A DNA stretch of 64,000 nt from an uncultured delta proteobacterium. Its GTDB lineage: Bacteria; Myxococcota_A; UBA9160; SMWR01. The notes under the pieces were generated by a model that made no database searches, was not told where the DNA came from, and was given only the letters and a program-made list of their open reading frames with translations. How positions within the stretch are numbered: position 1 is the stretch's first letter; every line of letters begins with the position of its first letter. This document shows positions 29,270-39,824 of this stretch, one piece after another. The position numbers and the translations under genes are program-made. The DNA lies in NCBI GenBank assembly GCA_963832165.1, contig CAWHTE010000011.1, forward strand, positions 544,001-608,000, given 5' to 3'.

Positions 29270-30106
29270 ATGGACGCGCAGGACTATCTCGCCGCGTGCC
29301 TTCCGCGCGTCGACCGCGCGCTCGAGGCCGTGCTGCCGCGCGCAGACGAGCCGCCCGCGCGTCTGCACGCGGCGATGCGCCATCTGCTGTTCCCGGGCGG
29401 CAAGCGGCTGCGCCCCGCGCTCGCGCTCGCGGCGGCCGAGGCGGTCGGCGGGAATCCGGACGCGGCGTTGCCCGCGGCGGTCGCGGTCGAGCTCGTGCAC
29501 GTGTACTCGCTCGTGCACGACGATCTCCCGTGCATGGACGACGACGACGAGCGCCGTGGGCGCCCCACCGTGCACGTGGCGTTCGACGAGGCGACCGCAG
29601 TGCTCGCGGGCGACGCGCTGCTCACGGCCGCGTTCGGCGCGCTCGTCGCGGGCGCCAGCGAGCGCGACGCGGCCGCGCGCGTGCTCGCGGTGCGCGACCT
29701 CGCGCGCGCGGCGGGCGCGGCGGGCCTGGTCGGAGGGCAGGTGGACGACCTCGGCGGTGCGTTCGAGAGCGCGGCGGCGGTCGAGAGCGTGCACGCGCGC
29801 AAGTCCGCAGCGCTGATCGCGGCCGCGATCAGCGCGGGTGCGCGGCTCGCGGGCGCGAGCGAGGCCGTGCTCGCGAAGCTTCACGCGGCGGGCATCGCCA
29901 CGGGGATCGCCTTCCAGATCACCGACGATCTGCTCGACGCGGGCGAGGACGAGGGCTGCTCGCTCGTGCGCGTGATCGGCGAGGCTGCGGCGCGCGAGCG
30001 CGCGCAGGTCCTGCTCGACTCGGCGCTCGCCGAGATCGCCGGACTCGGCGAGCGCGCCGAGCCGCTGCGCGCGCTGCTGCGCTACGCCGTGCAGCGGAAG
30101 CTCTAG
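29270..30106 (+). CDS. ispA: Farnesyl/geranylgeranyl diphosphate synthase
   Basis: GGKRLRP, HVYSLVHDDLPCMDDDDERRG, GGQ, FQITDDLLD. Confidence 0.92.
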   Translation: MDAQDYLAACLPRVDRALEAVLPRADEPPARLHAAMRHLLFPGGKRLRPALALAAAEAVGGNPDAALPAAVAVELVHVYSLVHDDLPCMDDDDERRGRPTVHVAFDEATAVLAGDALLTAAFGALVAGASERDAAARVLAVRDLARAAGAAGLVGGQVDDLGGAFESAAAVESVHARKSAALIAAAISAGARLAGASEAVLAKLHAAGIATGIAFQITDDLLDAGEDEGCSLVRVIGEAAARERAQVLLDSALAEIAGLGERAEPLRALLRYAVQRKL

Positions 30107-30114
30107 CGAAAGCT

Positions 30115-30897
30115 TTGAAGGGGCTGCGGCTCGACGAGCGGATGGTTCGCGATGGGCTCGCCGATTCGCGCACGCGCGCGCAGGCGTTGATTCGCGCGGG
30201 CCAGGTGCTCGTCGACGACACGCCCCAGGACAAGCCGGGCACGCGCGTGCGCGACGAATCCCAGGTGCGCGTGCGCGGCGAGATCAAGCGCTATGCGTCG
30301 CGCGGCGGCGAGAAGCTCGCGGGCGCGCTCGAAGACCTCGGCGTCGCGGTCGAGGGGCGCGCGTGCCTCGACGTGGGCGCGTCGACCGGCGGCTTCACCG
30401 ACTGCCTGCTCCAGCGCGGCGCGCGGTCGGTGGTGGCGGTGGACGTGGGCTACGGCCAGCTCGACGCGCGGCTGCGCGCCGACCCGCGCGTACACGTGCG
30501 CGATCGCACCAACGCGCGCCACCTCGAGCCCGACGCGCTGCCCGAGCCCGTGTCGCTCGTGACCGCGGACGTGTCGTTCATCTCGCTGCGCCTGGTCCTG
30601 CCCGCGCTCGCGCGCTGCGCGCCGGATGCAGAGTGGCTCCTGCTCGTGAAGCCGCAGTTCGAGGTCGGCCCCGAGCTCGTCGGCAAGGGAGGCGTGGTGC
30701 GCGACGACGCGCTGCGCGCGCAGGCGGCCGATGGCGTCGCGCGGGAGGCGGCGCGCCTGGGCTTCGACGAGGTGGCGCGCTGCGACAGCCGCGTCGCGGG
30801 CCCGAGCGGCAATCGCGAGATCTTCGTGCGTTTCGTTCGGCGCGCCCAGTCAGGCGATCGCCAACCGATAGACGCGCGCAGCCGTGCCGCCGAATAG
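30115..30897 (+). CDS. tlyA: TlyA family rRNA 2'-O-methyltransferase
   Basis: S4 domain RLDER, YASRGGEKL, LDVGASTGGFTD, DVSFISL, KPQFE, GNRE. Confidence 0.93.
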   Translation: MKGLRLDERMVRDGLADSRTRAQALIRAGQVLVDDTPQDKPGTRVRDESQVRVRGEIKRYASRGGEKLAGALEDLGVAVEGRACLDVGASTGGFTDCLLQRGARSVVAVDVGYGQLDARLRADPRVHVRDRTNARHLEPDALPEPVSLVTADVSFISLRLVLPALARCAPDAEWLLLVKPQFEVGPELVGKGGVVRDDALRAQAADGVAREAARLGFDEVARCDSRVAGPSGNREIFVRFVRRAQSGDRQPIDARSRAAE

Positions 30898-31902
30898 CGC
30901 GGCCTTCTCGTCGCGCGAGCAATCCGCGGCCAGTCGCTTGAAGGCGTTCCAGAGCGTCGCGTAGCTGCAGGTGAGGCTGTCGACCGGGAAGTTGCTCTCG
31001 AACATGCAGCGCGCGGCGCCGAACGCTTCGATGCAGGTCTCGATGTAGGGCTTCCAATCGCGCGCGAGGGCTTCGGAGGAGACGCGCGGCGACGCGTTGA
31101 ACGACGCGAAGCCCGCGAACGGCATCGCGAGCCCGCCCAGCTTCACGATCGCGTTCGGGCACTCGGCCAGCGCGCGAATGCTCTCGCGCCACGCGCCGAA
31201 GCGCGCCTCGCGCTTGCCCGCGTAGGCGCCGATGCCGAGCGGTGTGCCGACGTGGTCGAGCACGATCGCCGTGTCCGGAAACGCCTGCGCGAGCTCGCAG
31301 AGCTCGGGGATCTGGGGCTCGAGCAGCCACGCGTCGAACGAGAGACCGAGGCGCGAGAGGACTGCGAAGCCCTCGCGGAACTTCCGGTCGCGGTAGAGGC
31401 CCGCCGGCACGCGTCCCGCGAGCGGACCGAGCACCGCGTCGTCCTCGTCCCACGAGGCGCTTTGCCGGATCCCGCGGAAGCGCGCCGGCGCGGCCGCGAC
31501 GTGTGCGCGCAGCACCTCCTCCACGGCGCCGCCCATGCGCAGATCGGCGTGACCCACGATGCCCGCGCACGCGCGCACGTCGCCGTAGAGACCGCTCGCG
31601 GTCATCGCGGCGACGCCGTTCACGAACTCGGTCTCGCCGACACAGCGCAGCGGTGCGGGCCCGTCCGCGCGGTACATCGCGCCGCACTCGAGATAGACCG
31701 TGGCGCGCACGTTGTGTCCGCTCGCGAGGTCCGCGAGCAGCTCGTCGAGCAGGTAGCGCGACGTGCCGCGGATGATCTCCTCGAAGCCGTGACCGGTCTG
31801 CGGCATCGCGGCCAGGAGCGTGGAGGGCCGATCCCAGAGGTGGTGATGCGGATCGACGATCGGGAGATCGGGCTCGAGAATGGGCTCGGTGGCGGTGGTC
31901 AT
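30850..31902 (-). CDS. Amidohydrolase-2 family protein
   Basis: IVDPHHHLWD, RFRGIR, IVLDHVG, VKLGG, MFESNFPVD. Confidence 0.9.
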   Translation of the reverse strand: MTTATEPILEPDLPIVDPHHHLWDRPSTLLAAMPQTGHGFEEIIRGTSRYLLDELLADLASGHNVRATVYLECGAMYRADGPAPLRCVGETEFVNGVAAMTASGLYGDVRACAGIVGHADLRMGGAVEEVLRAHVAAAPARFRGIRQSASWDEDDAVLGPLAGRVPAGLYRDRKFREGFAVLSRLGLSFDAWLLEPQIPELCELAQAFPDTAIVLDHVGTPLGIGAYAGKREARFGAWRESIRALAECPNAIVKLGGLAMPFAGFASFNASPRVSSEALARDWKPYIETCIEAFGAARCMFESNFPVDSLTCSYATLWNAFKRLAADCSRDEKAALFGGTAARVYRLAIA

Positions 31903-31968
31903 GGTGGGCTCCCGTGCGTCCCCCTGGGGGGAAAGAATCGATTTCCAGCCCATTGTCCCGCGCCTCCG

Positions 31969-31998
31969 CTTGAACCGCCTCCTTGCCGATCCTATGTT
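31969..31998 (+). promoter_or_regulatory. Putative promoter of the erpA/iscA-iscS unit (sigma32-like or sigma70)
   Basis: CTTGAA-N16-CCTATGT; also TTGAAC-N17-TATGTT. Confidence 0.45.
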
Positions 31999-32029
31999 CG
32001 GAACAGCAATTCGGACTTGGGAGTACAGT

Positions 32030-32362
32030 ATGCCCCTGATTGAAGTCACCGAGCCGGCCGCCGAGCGCATTCGCGAGCTGCTGACCAAGGACGGCAAGGC
32101 CGAGACCCACGGACTTCGCATGAAGGTGGTGGGCGGAGGCTGTTCGGGTCTGCGCTACGAGCTCGCCTTCGACGACCAGATCCGCGACGTGGACACCAAG
32201 ATCGAGATCAACGGCGTGCGCGTGATCCTCGACGAGAAGAGCGCGCTATACCTCGCGGGAACCACGCTGGACTTCGTGGACACGCTGCAGGAGTCCGGCT
32301 TCAAGATGGTCAACCCGAACGCCTCGTCGACGTGCGGTTGCGGGGAGTCGTTCAGCGCATAG
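32030..32362 (+). CDS. A-type Fe-S cluster carrier (IscA/ErpA/HesB)
   Basis: GGGCSGLRY, NPNASSTCGCGESF. Confidence 0.93.
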   Translation: MPLIEVTEPAAERIRELLTKDGKAETHGLRMKVVGGGCSGLRYELAFDDQIRDVDTKIEINGVRVILDEKSALYLAGTTLDFVDTLQESGFKMVNPNASSTCGCGESFSA

Positions 32363-32376
32363 TCCGGCGACTCGCG

Positions 32377-33568
32377 GTGACCCGGCGTCCGATCTACCTC
32401 GACCACCACGCAACGACGCCGGTCGATCCGCGCGTCGTCGAAGCGATGGCGCCGTACTTCCACGAGGAGTTCGGCAACGCGTCGAGCGCGACGCACCTCT
32501 ATGGCTGGCGCGCCGAGGCGGCCGTGGAGCAGGCGCGCGAGGAGATCGCCGCGGCGATCGGCGCGGCCGATCCGCGCGAGATCGTGTTCACGAGCGGCAC
32601 GACCGAGAGCGACAATCTCGCGCTCGCGGGCATCGCGCGCGCTCAGCGCGGCCGGCGCGACCACCTGGTGACGAGCGCGATCGAGCACCCCGCCGTGCTC
32701 GACACGGCGCGCGCTCTCGCCGCGCACGAGGGCTGCACGCTCACGGAGCTGCCCGTCGACGAAGGCGGTCTCGTGGATCCGGAGGCGGTCCGCGCGGCGA
32801 TCGGACCGCGCACCGCGCTCGTGTCGATCGGCGCCGCGAACAGCGAGATCGGCACACTTCAGCCGATCGGCGAGATCGCGGCCGTTTGCAGCAAGGCGGG
32901 CGTGCCGTTCCACAGCGACGCGGCACAGGCGAGTCGGCAAGGTGCCGATCCACGTGCGCCGCGACGGGATCGATCTGCTCGCGTTCTGCGCGCACAAGCT
33001 CTACGGGCCGAAGGGGATCGGCGCGCTCTACGTGCGCCGCGGCCGACCCGCGCTCACGATCGCGCCGCTCCTGCACGGCGGCGGACACGAACGCGGTCTG
33101 CGCTCGGGCACCACGCCCGTGCCGCTCGTGGTCGGCTTCGCGCGCGCGGTGTCGCTATGCCTCGCGGACTTCGAGACCGAGGCCGCGCGGCTGTGCGCGC
33201 TCCGCGACCGGCTGTTCGACGGGCTGTGCGCAGAGCTGCCCGGCCTCGTGGCGCTGAACGGGGATCCGGTGCGGCGACTGCCCGGCAACCTCAACGTCTC
33301 GTTCTCGGGTGTGCGCGCGGACGGGCTGCTCGCCGCGCTGCGCGACGTGGCGCTCTCGACCGGGTCGGCCTGCGCGTCCGCGCGCGGTGAGCCGAGTCAC
33401 GTCCTGCGCGCGCTGGGTCTCCCGCCCGAGCGGATCCGGGGCGCCCTGCGCTTCGGCCTCGGCCGCGGCACCACCGAGGCCGAGATCGACACCGTGATCG
33501 CGCGCGTCGCCGAGGAGGTGAGTTCGGCGAGGGGCGCCTCGATCGGGCCGCTCCGGGTCCGCACCTAG
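32377..33568 (+). CDS. iscS: Cysteine desulfurase IscS/NifS type (indel ~32935)
   Basis: IYLDHHATTP, FTSGTTES, IEHPAV, HSDAAQ, AHKLYGPKG, STGSAC. Confidence 0.9.
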
Positions 33569-33662
33569 TTCTCGGGCCGACTTCGCAGACCCCGCGCTAC
33601 TCTTCGCGATTCCGCGCCGAAGAACGCGGTAGCAGGACCGCCTGGAGCGGTGGAGGGGCGAC

Positions 33663-34277
33663 TTGACCGAGCAGAAGGCGACCAACATCACCTGGCACGC
33701 GGGTCACGTCGAGCGCGGAGACCGCGAGCGACTGCTCGGACAGTGCGGCGTGACGGTCTGGCTCACGGGCCTGTCCGGCTCGGGCAAGTCGACGATCGCG
33801 GTGGCCGCGGAGAAGGCGCTGCTCGAGCGCGGGCGCCACGCCTACGTGCTCGACGGCGACAACGTCCGCCACGGGCTGAACAAGAACCTCGGCTTCTCGC
33901 CCGCGGACCGCACCGAGAACATCCGCCGGATCGGCGAGGTCGCGAAGCTGTTCACGGAAGCCGGCGTGATCGTGATGACGTCGTTCATCTCGCCGTACCG
34001 CGAAGACCGCGACGCCGTGCGCGCGATCATGGGCAAGGGAGACTTCGTCGAGGTCCACGTCAAGGCGAGCGTCGAGACGTGCGAGAGCCGCGACGTGAAG
34101 GGCCTGTACAAGAAGGCGCGCGCGGGGGAGATCCCCGAGTTCACGGGCATCTCGGCGCCCTACGAAGAGCCCGAACGCCCCGAGCTCGTGCTCGACACGC
34201 AGGCGCAGTCGGTGGAGCAGAGCGTCTCCGCGCTGGTCGGCTACCTCGACGCTCAGGGGTATCTGGGTAGGTCGTGA
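33663..34277 (+). CDS. cysC: Adenylyl-sulfate kinase
   Basis: [33 protein letters not shown]. Confidence 0.95.
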   Translation: MTEQKATNITWHAGHVERGDRERLLGQCGVTVWLTGLSGSGKSTIAVAAEKALLERGRHAYVLDGDNVRHGLNKNLGFSPADRTENIRRIGEVAKLFTEAGVIVMTSFISPYREDRDAVRAIMGKGDFVEVHVKASVETCESRDVKGLYKKARAGEIPEFTGISAPYEEPERPELVLDTQAQSVEQSVSALVGYLDAQGYLGRS

Positions 34278-36016
34278 GCGCTCGCAGCACCGCTCTCGCG
34301 TGGATTGCCGCCGCCCTGTTCGGGAGCGGCTGTGCGGCGCTCCAGGGTGCGCCCGAGGGCCCGGGCCGCGAGGTGCGGCCCGACGCGCCGCCCGAGTACG
34401 ACGTGCTGGTCTACCACGATCACCTCGCGGACGGCCAGCCGCAGGAGGCGATCGCGGCGCTCGAGCGCGCGATCGAAAAGGACAAGGAGTCGGTGCTCCT
34501 GCACCGCATGATGGCCGAGGCGCTCGCTCGCAACGGCGAGCTCGACCGCGCGGTCGAATTCGCACGCCGCGCGCGCGAGCTCGGGCCCGAGGATCCGGCC
34601 GTGCGCAGCATCCTCGCGCAGCTCTACCGGATCCAGCAGAACTCCGCCGAGGCGGAGAAGCTGCTGCTCGACGAAAAGGGCGATCCGATCGACGAGGAGT
34701 CGGCGTGGCTGCTCTACCAGATCTATCTCGAGGGCAACCAGTTCGATCAGGGGCTCGAGATCGCGCGCTGGATGACCGAGCGCAACCCCGAGGAGCCGCG
34801 CGGATGGATCGCGCTCGCCAACGTGTACGAAAAGCAGGAGAAGCCGCTCGACGCCGAGAATGCGCTGCGCAAGTCGCTCGCGATCGATCCCGCGAACCTG
34901 CGCATCTACGGCGCGCTCGCGCGCTCGATGCGCAACCGCGGCGACAAGGAAGGGGCGATCGGCGTGTATCGCGAGATGCTGCGCCAGGCGCCCGACGACC
35001 ACTCGACGCTGTTCGCGCTGGCCGAGGCGCAGATCAACGACGAGGATGTCGAAGGCGCGATCGAGACGCTCGAGCGGATCGAGTCGGGCTATCCCAGCGA
35101 TCTCGAGTCGGTGAAACGGCTCGGCTACCTGCTCTACGAAGCGCATCGCTTCGCCGACGCGGTGAAGCGCTTCGAGCGCGTGCTCGACGCGAACCCGCGC
35201 GAGTACGAGGTGGCGTTCTTCGACGGCGTGGCGCTGCGTCGCCTGAACAAGGACGCCGAGGCCGTGCGCGCGTTCGAGCGCATCGCGGCCAGCCACGAAT
35301 ACTACGCGGAGGCGCGCACCCAGATCGCCGCGGTCCACGAGCGGCACGGGCGCTACGCCGAGGCACTCTCCGAGGTGGAGCGCGCGCTCGCCACCGAGCC
35401 CTCGCGCGAGCTCGAGCTCTACAGCGCGACCCTGCGCTCGAGGACCGGCGATTTCGAGGGCGCGGTCGCCTACCTCGAGGGACTGCTCGCGAGCAGCCCC
35501 GACGACGACGAGCTGCTCTACAACCTCGGCGTCGTGTACGGCGAGAAGAATCGCGACGAAGAGGCGATTCGCTACATGACGGCCGCGCTCGAGAAGAACC
35601 CCGACAACGCCGACGCGCTCAACTTCATCGGCTACACCTGGGCCGAGCACGGCGAGAACCTCGAGCAGGCCGAGCAGTACATCACCCGGGCGATGGAGCT
35701 GCGCCCCGACAACGGCTACATCGTCGACAGCCTGGGCTGGGTCTACTACATGCGCGCGCGGCCGCTCATGAAGGCCGGCGACACCGCAGCGGGTCGCAAA
35801 TGGCTGACCAAGGCGATCGAAGAGCTCGAGCGCGCGCACGAGCTGACCGGCGGCGACCCCGTGATCTCCGAGCACATCGGCGACGCCTACCTGCTGCTCG
35901 ACGATCGGCGGCGCGCGCTCGACAAGTTCGAGGAAGCGGCGGTCATGGGGCCGCGGCCCGAAGAGCAACCGGAGCTGCGCGAGAAGCTGGAAACCCTGCG
36001 GCGCGAGCTCGAGTAG
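34274..36016 (+). CDS. TPR-repeat lipoprotein (LbcA-like)
   Basis: Lipobox-like GSGC; many TPRs; [11 protein letters not shown]...[10 protein letters not shown]...EHIGD. Confidence 0.85.
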   Translation: MSARSTALAWIAAALFGSGCAALQGAPEGPGREVRPDAPPEYDVLVYHDHLADGQPQEAIAALERAIEKDKESVLLHRMMAEALARNGELDRAVEFARRARELGPEDPAVRSILAQLYRIQQNSAEAEKLLLDEKGDPIDEESAWLLYQIYLEGNQFDQGLEIARWMTERNPEEPRGWIALANVYEKQEKPLDAENALRKSLAIDPANLRIYGALARSMRNRGDKEGAIGVYREMLRQAPDDHSTLFALAEAQINDEDVEGAIETLERIESGYPSDLESVKRLGYLLYEAHRFADAVKRFERVLDANPREYEVAFFDGVALRRLNKDAEAVRAFERIAASHEYYAEARTQIAAVHERHGRYAEALSEVERALATEPSRELELYSATLRSRTGDFEGAVAYLEGLLASSPDDDELLYNLGVVYGEKNRDEEAIRYMTAALEKNPDNADALNFIGYTWAEHGENLEQAEQYITRAMELRPDNGYIVDSLGWVYYMRARPLMKAGDTAAGRKWLTKAIEELERAHELTGGDPVISEHIGDAYLLLDDRRRALDKFEEAAVMGPRPEEQPELREKLETLRRELE

Positions 36017-36018
36017 AC

Positions 36019-36861
36019 GTGGCTCGCCTCGGTCTCTGGCTCGCGCTGGCCGCGTTCGCCACCGGCTGCGTGAGCACGATCCCGGCCTCGCCGCTGCCGG
36101 ACGGCGATCCGCGGCCCGCCGCGCTGCTCGCCGCGTGGCGCGCACACGCGGCGCGCCGCGAGTCGCTCCAGGCGGTGGCGCGGCTCTCGGTCGACGCTCC
36201 GGGTGCGGGCGCTGGCGGACGCGACCTCGCGCTGCGCAGCAAGCAGCGGCTCTGGCTCGCGCGTCCGGCCCAGCTGCGCGTCGAGGTGCTCGGATTCCTC
36301 GACACGACGCTCGCGGTGCTCGTGACCGACGGCGAGCGTTATTCGCTGTTCGAGAGCCGCGAGCAGCACCTCGAGGAGGGCCCGGTCTACCCGGAGCTGC
36401 TCTGGGATGCGGCCCATCTCGCCCTCACGCCCGCCGAAGCGGTGGAGGTGATCCTGGGCGCGCCCGAGCCCGATGCGGGGCTGCATCGCGGCGCCGCCTA
36501 CCTCGTGGGCGAGCGGATCCGCATCGATCTCACCGATCCGGGCGGGCGCGTGCGCCGCATCGTCGAGTTCGGGGCGGAGGGTGAGCTGCGCCGGCTCGCG
36601 CAGGCCGACGATTCGGGAGAGGTGGCCTGGGAGGCGCTGTTCGACGACTTCGCCGAGATCGACGGCACTCCGTTCGCGCGCGACGTGGCGCTGCGCAGCT
36701 CGTCGGGCCGCTCCCATGCCGCGCTCGTCTTGCGCTCGGTCGAGCTGAACCCGGACGTGCCCGAGGATATATTCCGCCTGCGGCCGCCCAGCTCGACGCT
36801 CGACCCCGAGATCCGATCGGAAGCGCCGGCGGGTGGTGCGCGCGCTGCGGAGGGGGGATGA
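36019..36861 (+). CDS. LolA/LolB-fold-like (DUF4292-like) lipoprotein
   Basis: Lipobox-like ATGC; RPAQLRVEVLGFL...LVTDG; C-terminal VELNPDVPEDIF. Confidence 0.6.
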   Translation: MARLGLWLALAAFATGCVSTIPASPLPDGDPRPAALLAAWRAHAARRESLQAVARLSVDAPGAGAGGRDLALRSKQRLWLARPAQLRVEVLGFLDTTLAVLVTDGERYSLFESREQHLEEGPVYPELLWDAAHLALTPAEAVEVILGAPEPDAGLHRGAAYLVGERIRIDLTDPGGRVRRIVEFGAEGELRRLAQADDSGEVAWEALFDDFAEIDGTPFARDVALRSSSGRSHAALVLRSVELNPDVPEDIFRLRPPSSTLDPEIRSEAPAGGARAAEGG

Positions 36862-38879
36862 AGCGCGCTCGTGGAGCACTGCTGCTAGGTCTGCTCGCAG
36901 TTGGGCTCGCGTCGTGCACCAACAACCCGTATCCGGAAGCGGACGACATCGTGAAGGTGCGCTACCTCGCGCTCTCGGGCCCGCCCAAGGATCTCGACCC
37001 CGCGGTGACCTACAACGCGGCGGATCACGCGATCACCGCGAACGTCTACGAGACGCTGCTCGAGTACCACTACCTGAAGCGGCCCTACGAGCTGATGCCC
37101 GGGCTCGCCGAGGCGGTGCCCGAGGCCGAGCCCGGTGCGGACGGTCGCATCACCTATCGCTTCCGGCTGCGCCCGGGCGCGCGCTACCAGAAGGACCCGT
37201 GCTTCGCGCCGGGTGCGCCCGAGCCCGCCGATCGCGAGATCGTCGCGGCCGACGTCGCTTTCGAGCTGATGCGGATCGGCGACCCGAGCGTGATCAGCCC
37301 CGTGGTCGCGACGTTCTCGAAGATCGACGGCTTCGAGGAGTTCGTGAAGCGGCTCGTGGAGCTGCGCGCGGCGGATCCCGAGTTCGCCAAGCAGCGCGCC
37401 GATCAGCAGTACGCGGCCGCCGGAGGTGTGGCGGGCCTCGTGGTGCGCGGGCGCTACGAGCTCGACGTGATCCTGCGCCATCCCTATCCGCAGCTGCTCT
37501 ACTGGTTCGCGATGCCGTTCACCTCGCCGGTGCCCTGGGAGGCCGTCGCCTACTACGACGGCGAGGGCGGGCGGCCGTTCTTCAACGAGCATCCAGTCGC
37601 CTCGGGCCCGTTCCAGGTCACGCGCTTCCAGAAGCACAGCCGCGTCACGCTCGAGCGCAATCCGAACTGGTACGGCGCGCTGCACCCCGAATGGCGCGCG
37701 CCCGGAGCGACTTATCCCTCGGAGGGCGAGCCCGGCGACGCCGAGAAGGGACTCCTGCACCCCGGGTACGTCGGCCGGCCGCTGCCGTTCCTCGACCGGA
37801 TCGAGTTCCGCATGGAGAAGGAGGACATCCCGGGCTTCAACAAGTTCCTCCAGGGCTACTACGACGCATCGGGAATCATCCAGGAGAGCTTCGACCGCGC
37901 GGTGCAGCAGGGCCGGCTCACGCCCGCGATGGAGGCGCGCGGGATGTCGCTCGCGAAGAGCGTCGACCCCGCGATCTACTACGTCGGCTTCAACATGAAC
38001 GACCCGACGATCGGCTCGCGCGGCGGCGCGCGCGCGCGCAAGCTGCGCCAGGCGATGAGCGTGGCCGTCGACGTCGTCGAGTTCACCCGGATCTTCATGA
38101 ACGGCCGCGGCGTGCCCGCGCAGTCGCCGATCCCGCCCGGCATCTTCGGCTACGACCTCGAGTACCAGAATCCGTACCGCCAGCCCGATCTCGAGCGAGC
38201 GCGCAAGCTGCTCGCCGAAGCCGGCTACGAGAACGGGATCGATCCCAAGACGCGGCGCCCGCTGCGCCTCACGTTCGACACCCCCGATCCGTCGACGCGC
38301 GGCCGCCTGCGCTACCAGTTCTTCGTCGACGCGTGGCGCCGGATCGGACTCGACGTCGAGGTCGCCGCCACCAACTACAACGCCTATCAGGACAAGCTGC
38401 GCGACGGCGCCTATCAGGTCTACTGGTACGGCTGGATCGCCGACTACCCCGACCCCGAGAACTTCCTGTTCCTGCTCTGGGGGCCGAACTCGACCTCGAA
38501 GAACCCCGGCGCGCCGAACACCTCGAACTTCTCCGATCCGCGCTTCGACGCGCTCTTCCTCGCGATGAAGGACATGTCCAACGGCCCCGAGCGCAGGCAG
38601 CGGATCGCCGAGATGCTCGAGATCCTCGAGCGCGAACGTCCCTGGATCGAGCTGTTCCACTCCGAAGCCTACGCGCTCTATCACGGTTGGATCACGAACG
38701 TGAAGCCGCCCGGCCTGTCGCTGCCCGCGAGCAAGTACATCGACGTGGATCCTCATCTGCGCCGCGAGCGGCGCACGGAGTGGAACGAGCCGATCCTGTG
38801 GCCGGCCTGGGCGCTCGGCGCCGCGTTCGCGCTGGTCGCGGTGCCAGGCGTCATCACCTACCTCCGGGAGCGCCAGTAG
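36858..38879 (+). CDS. ABC peptide/nickel-family substrate-binding lipoprotein with C-terminal TM
   Basis: LASC lipobox; LDPA, YETLLEYHYL, GWIADYPDPENFL; hydrophobic C-terminus. Confidence 0.9.
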   Translation: MKRARGALLLGLLAVGLASCTNNPYPEADDIVKVRYLALSGPPKDLDPAVTYNAADHAITANVYETLLEYHYLKRPYELMPGLAEAVPEAEPGADGRITYRFRLRPGARYQKDPCFAPGAPEPADREIVAADVAFELMRIGDPSVISPVVATFSKIDGFEEFVKRLVELRAADPEFAKQRADQQYAAAGGVAGLVVRGRYELDVILRHPYPQLLYWFAMPFTSPVPWEAVAYYDGEGGRPFFNEHPVASGPFQVTRFQKHSRVTLERNPNWYGALHPEWRAPGATYPSEGEPGDAEKGLLHPGYVGRPLPFLDRIEFRMEKEDIPGFNKFLQGYYDASGIIQESFDRAVQQGRLTPAMEARGMSLAKSVDPAIYYVGFNMNDPTIGSRGGARARKLRQAMSVAVDVVEFTRIFMNGRGVPAQSPIPPGIFGYDLEYQNPYRQPDLERARKLLAEAGYENGIDPKTRRPLRLTFDTPDPSTRGRLRYQFFVDAWRRIGLDVEVAATNYNAYQDKLRDGAYQVYWYGWIADYPDPENFLFLLWGPNSTSKNPGAPNTSNFSDPRFDALFLAMKDMSNGPERRQRIAEMLEILERERPWIELFHSEAYALYHGWITNVKPPGLSLPASKYIDVDPHLRRERRTEWNEPILWPAWALGAAFALVAVPGVITYLRERQ

Positions 38880-39820
38880 TGCTCGCCTACGCGCTGCGCC
38901 GGCTCGCCTACGCCTTCCTCGTGGTGCAGGGTGTGCTCGGGCTCCTGTTCCTGCTCTTCTTCGTCTACGCAGAGCCGGTCGACATCGCGCGGCGCGCGGT
39001 CGGCGAGAAGGCACCGCCCGAGGTGCTCGCGCGCTGGGTGACCGAGCACGGCTACGACCGCCCGTGGCCCGAGCAGCTGCGCGACCACTACTGGAAGATG
39101 CTCACGTTCGATTTCGGGCGCAGCGACGCCGACAACTCGCCGATCACACGGCGCCTGCGCGATGGGATGGGCCCGAGCCTGTCGTTCACGGTGCCCGCGT
39201 TCGCGCTCTCCCTGCTGCTCGGCGTCGGGATCGCGCTCTTCGTGGCCTACTTCCGCGACACGGCGATCGACCGGATGGGGGTCGTGTTCGCGGTGCTCGC
39301 GATGAGTGTGTCCGTCTTGCTCTACATCATCGGCGGGCAGTTCCTGTTCGGGAAGATCCTCTCGTGGTTTCCGATCTCGGGCTTCGACCTCGACCCGGCG
39401 CTCTTGCCGCGCTTCCTCGCGATGCCGATCGCGATCTACGCGCTCGCAGGGCTCGGCAGCGAGGTGCGTTTCAACCGCACCGTGTTCATCGAGGAGACCA
39501 GCCGCGACTACGTGCGCACCGCACGCGCGAAGGGCTGTGGCGACGCCCAGGTGATGGTGCGTCACGTGCTGCGCAACGCGCTGATCCCGATCCTCACCCA
39601 CGTCGTCACGGCGATCCCGTTCCTGTTCACGGGGTCGCTCCTGATCGAGTCGTTCTTCGGGATCCCCGGGCTCGGGTCGATCACCGTCGACGCGATCGAG
39701 GGCAACGACTTCGCGACGCTGCGCGTGATGGTCTACATCGGCGCGGTGCTCTTCACCGTGTTCCAGGTCGTCACGGACTTCGCCTACACGCTCGCGGATC
39801 CGCGCGTGAGGCTCGAGTAG
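38879..39820 (+). CDS. ABC peptide transporter permease (OppB/DppB-like)
   Basis: FDFGRS, DYVRTARAKG, HVLRNALIP, DPRVRL. Confidence 0.9.
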   Translation: MLAYALRRLAYAFLVVQGVLGLLFLLFFVYAEPVDIARRAVGEKAPPEVLARWVTEHGYDRPWPEQLRDHYWKMLTFDFGRSDADNSPITRRLRDGMGPSLSFTVPAFALSLLLGVGIALFVAYFRDTAIDRMGVVFAVLAMSVSVLLYIIGGQFLFGKILSWFPISGFDLDPALLPRFLAMPIAIYALAGLGSEVRFNRTVFIEETSRDYVRTARAKGCGDAQVMVRHVLRNALIPILTHVVTAIPFLFTGSLLIESFFGIPGLGSITVDAIEGNDFATLRVMVYIGAVLFTVFQVVTDFAYTLADPRVRLE

Positions 39821-39824
39821 CGGC

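Noticed and set aside
30115..30897. TlyA as a hemolysin or virulence factor
   Set aside because: Housekeeping xseAB-ispA context and rRNA methyltransferase motifs
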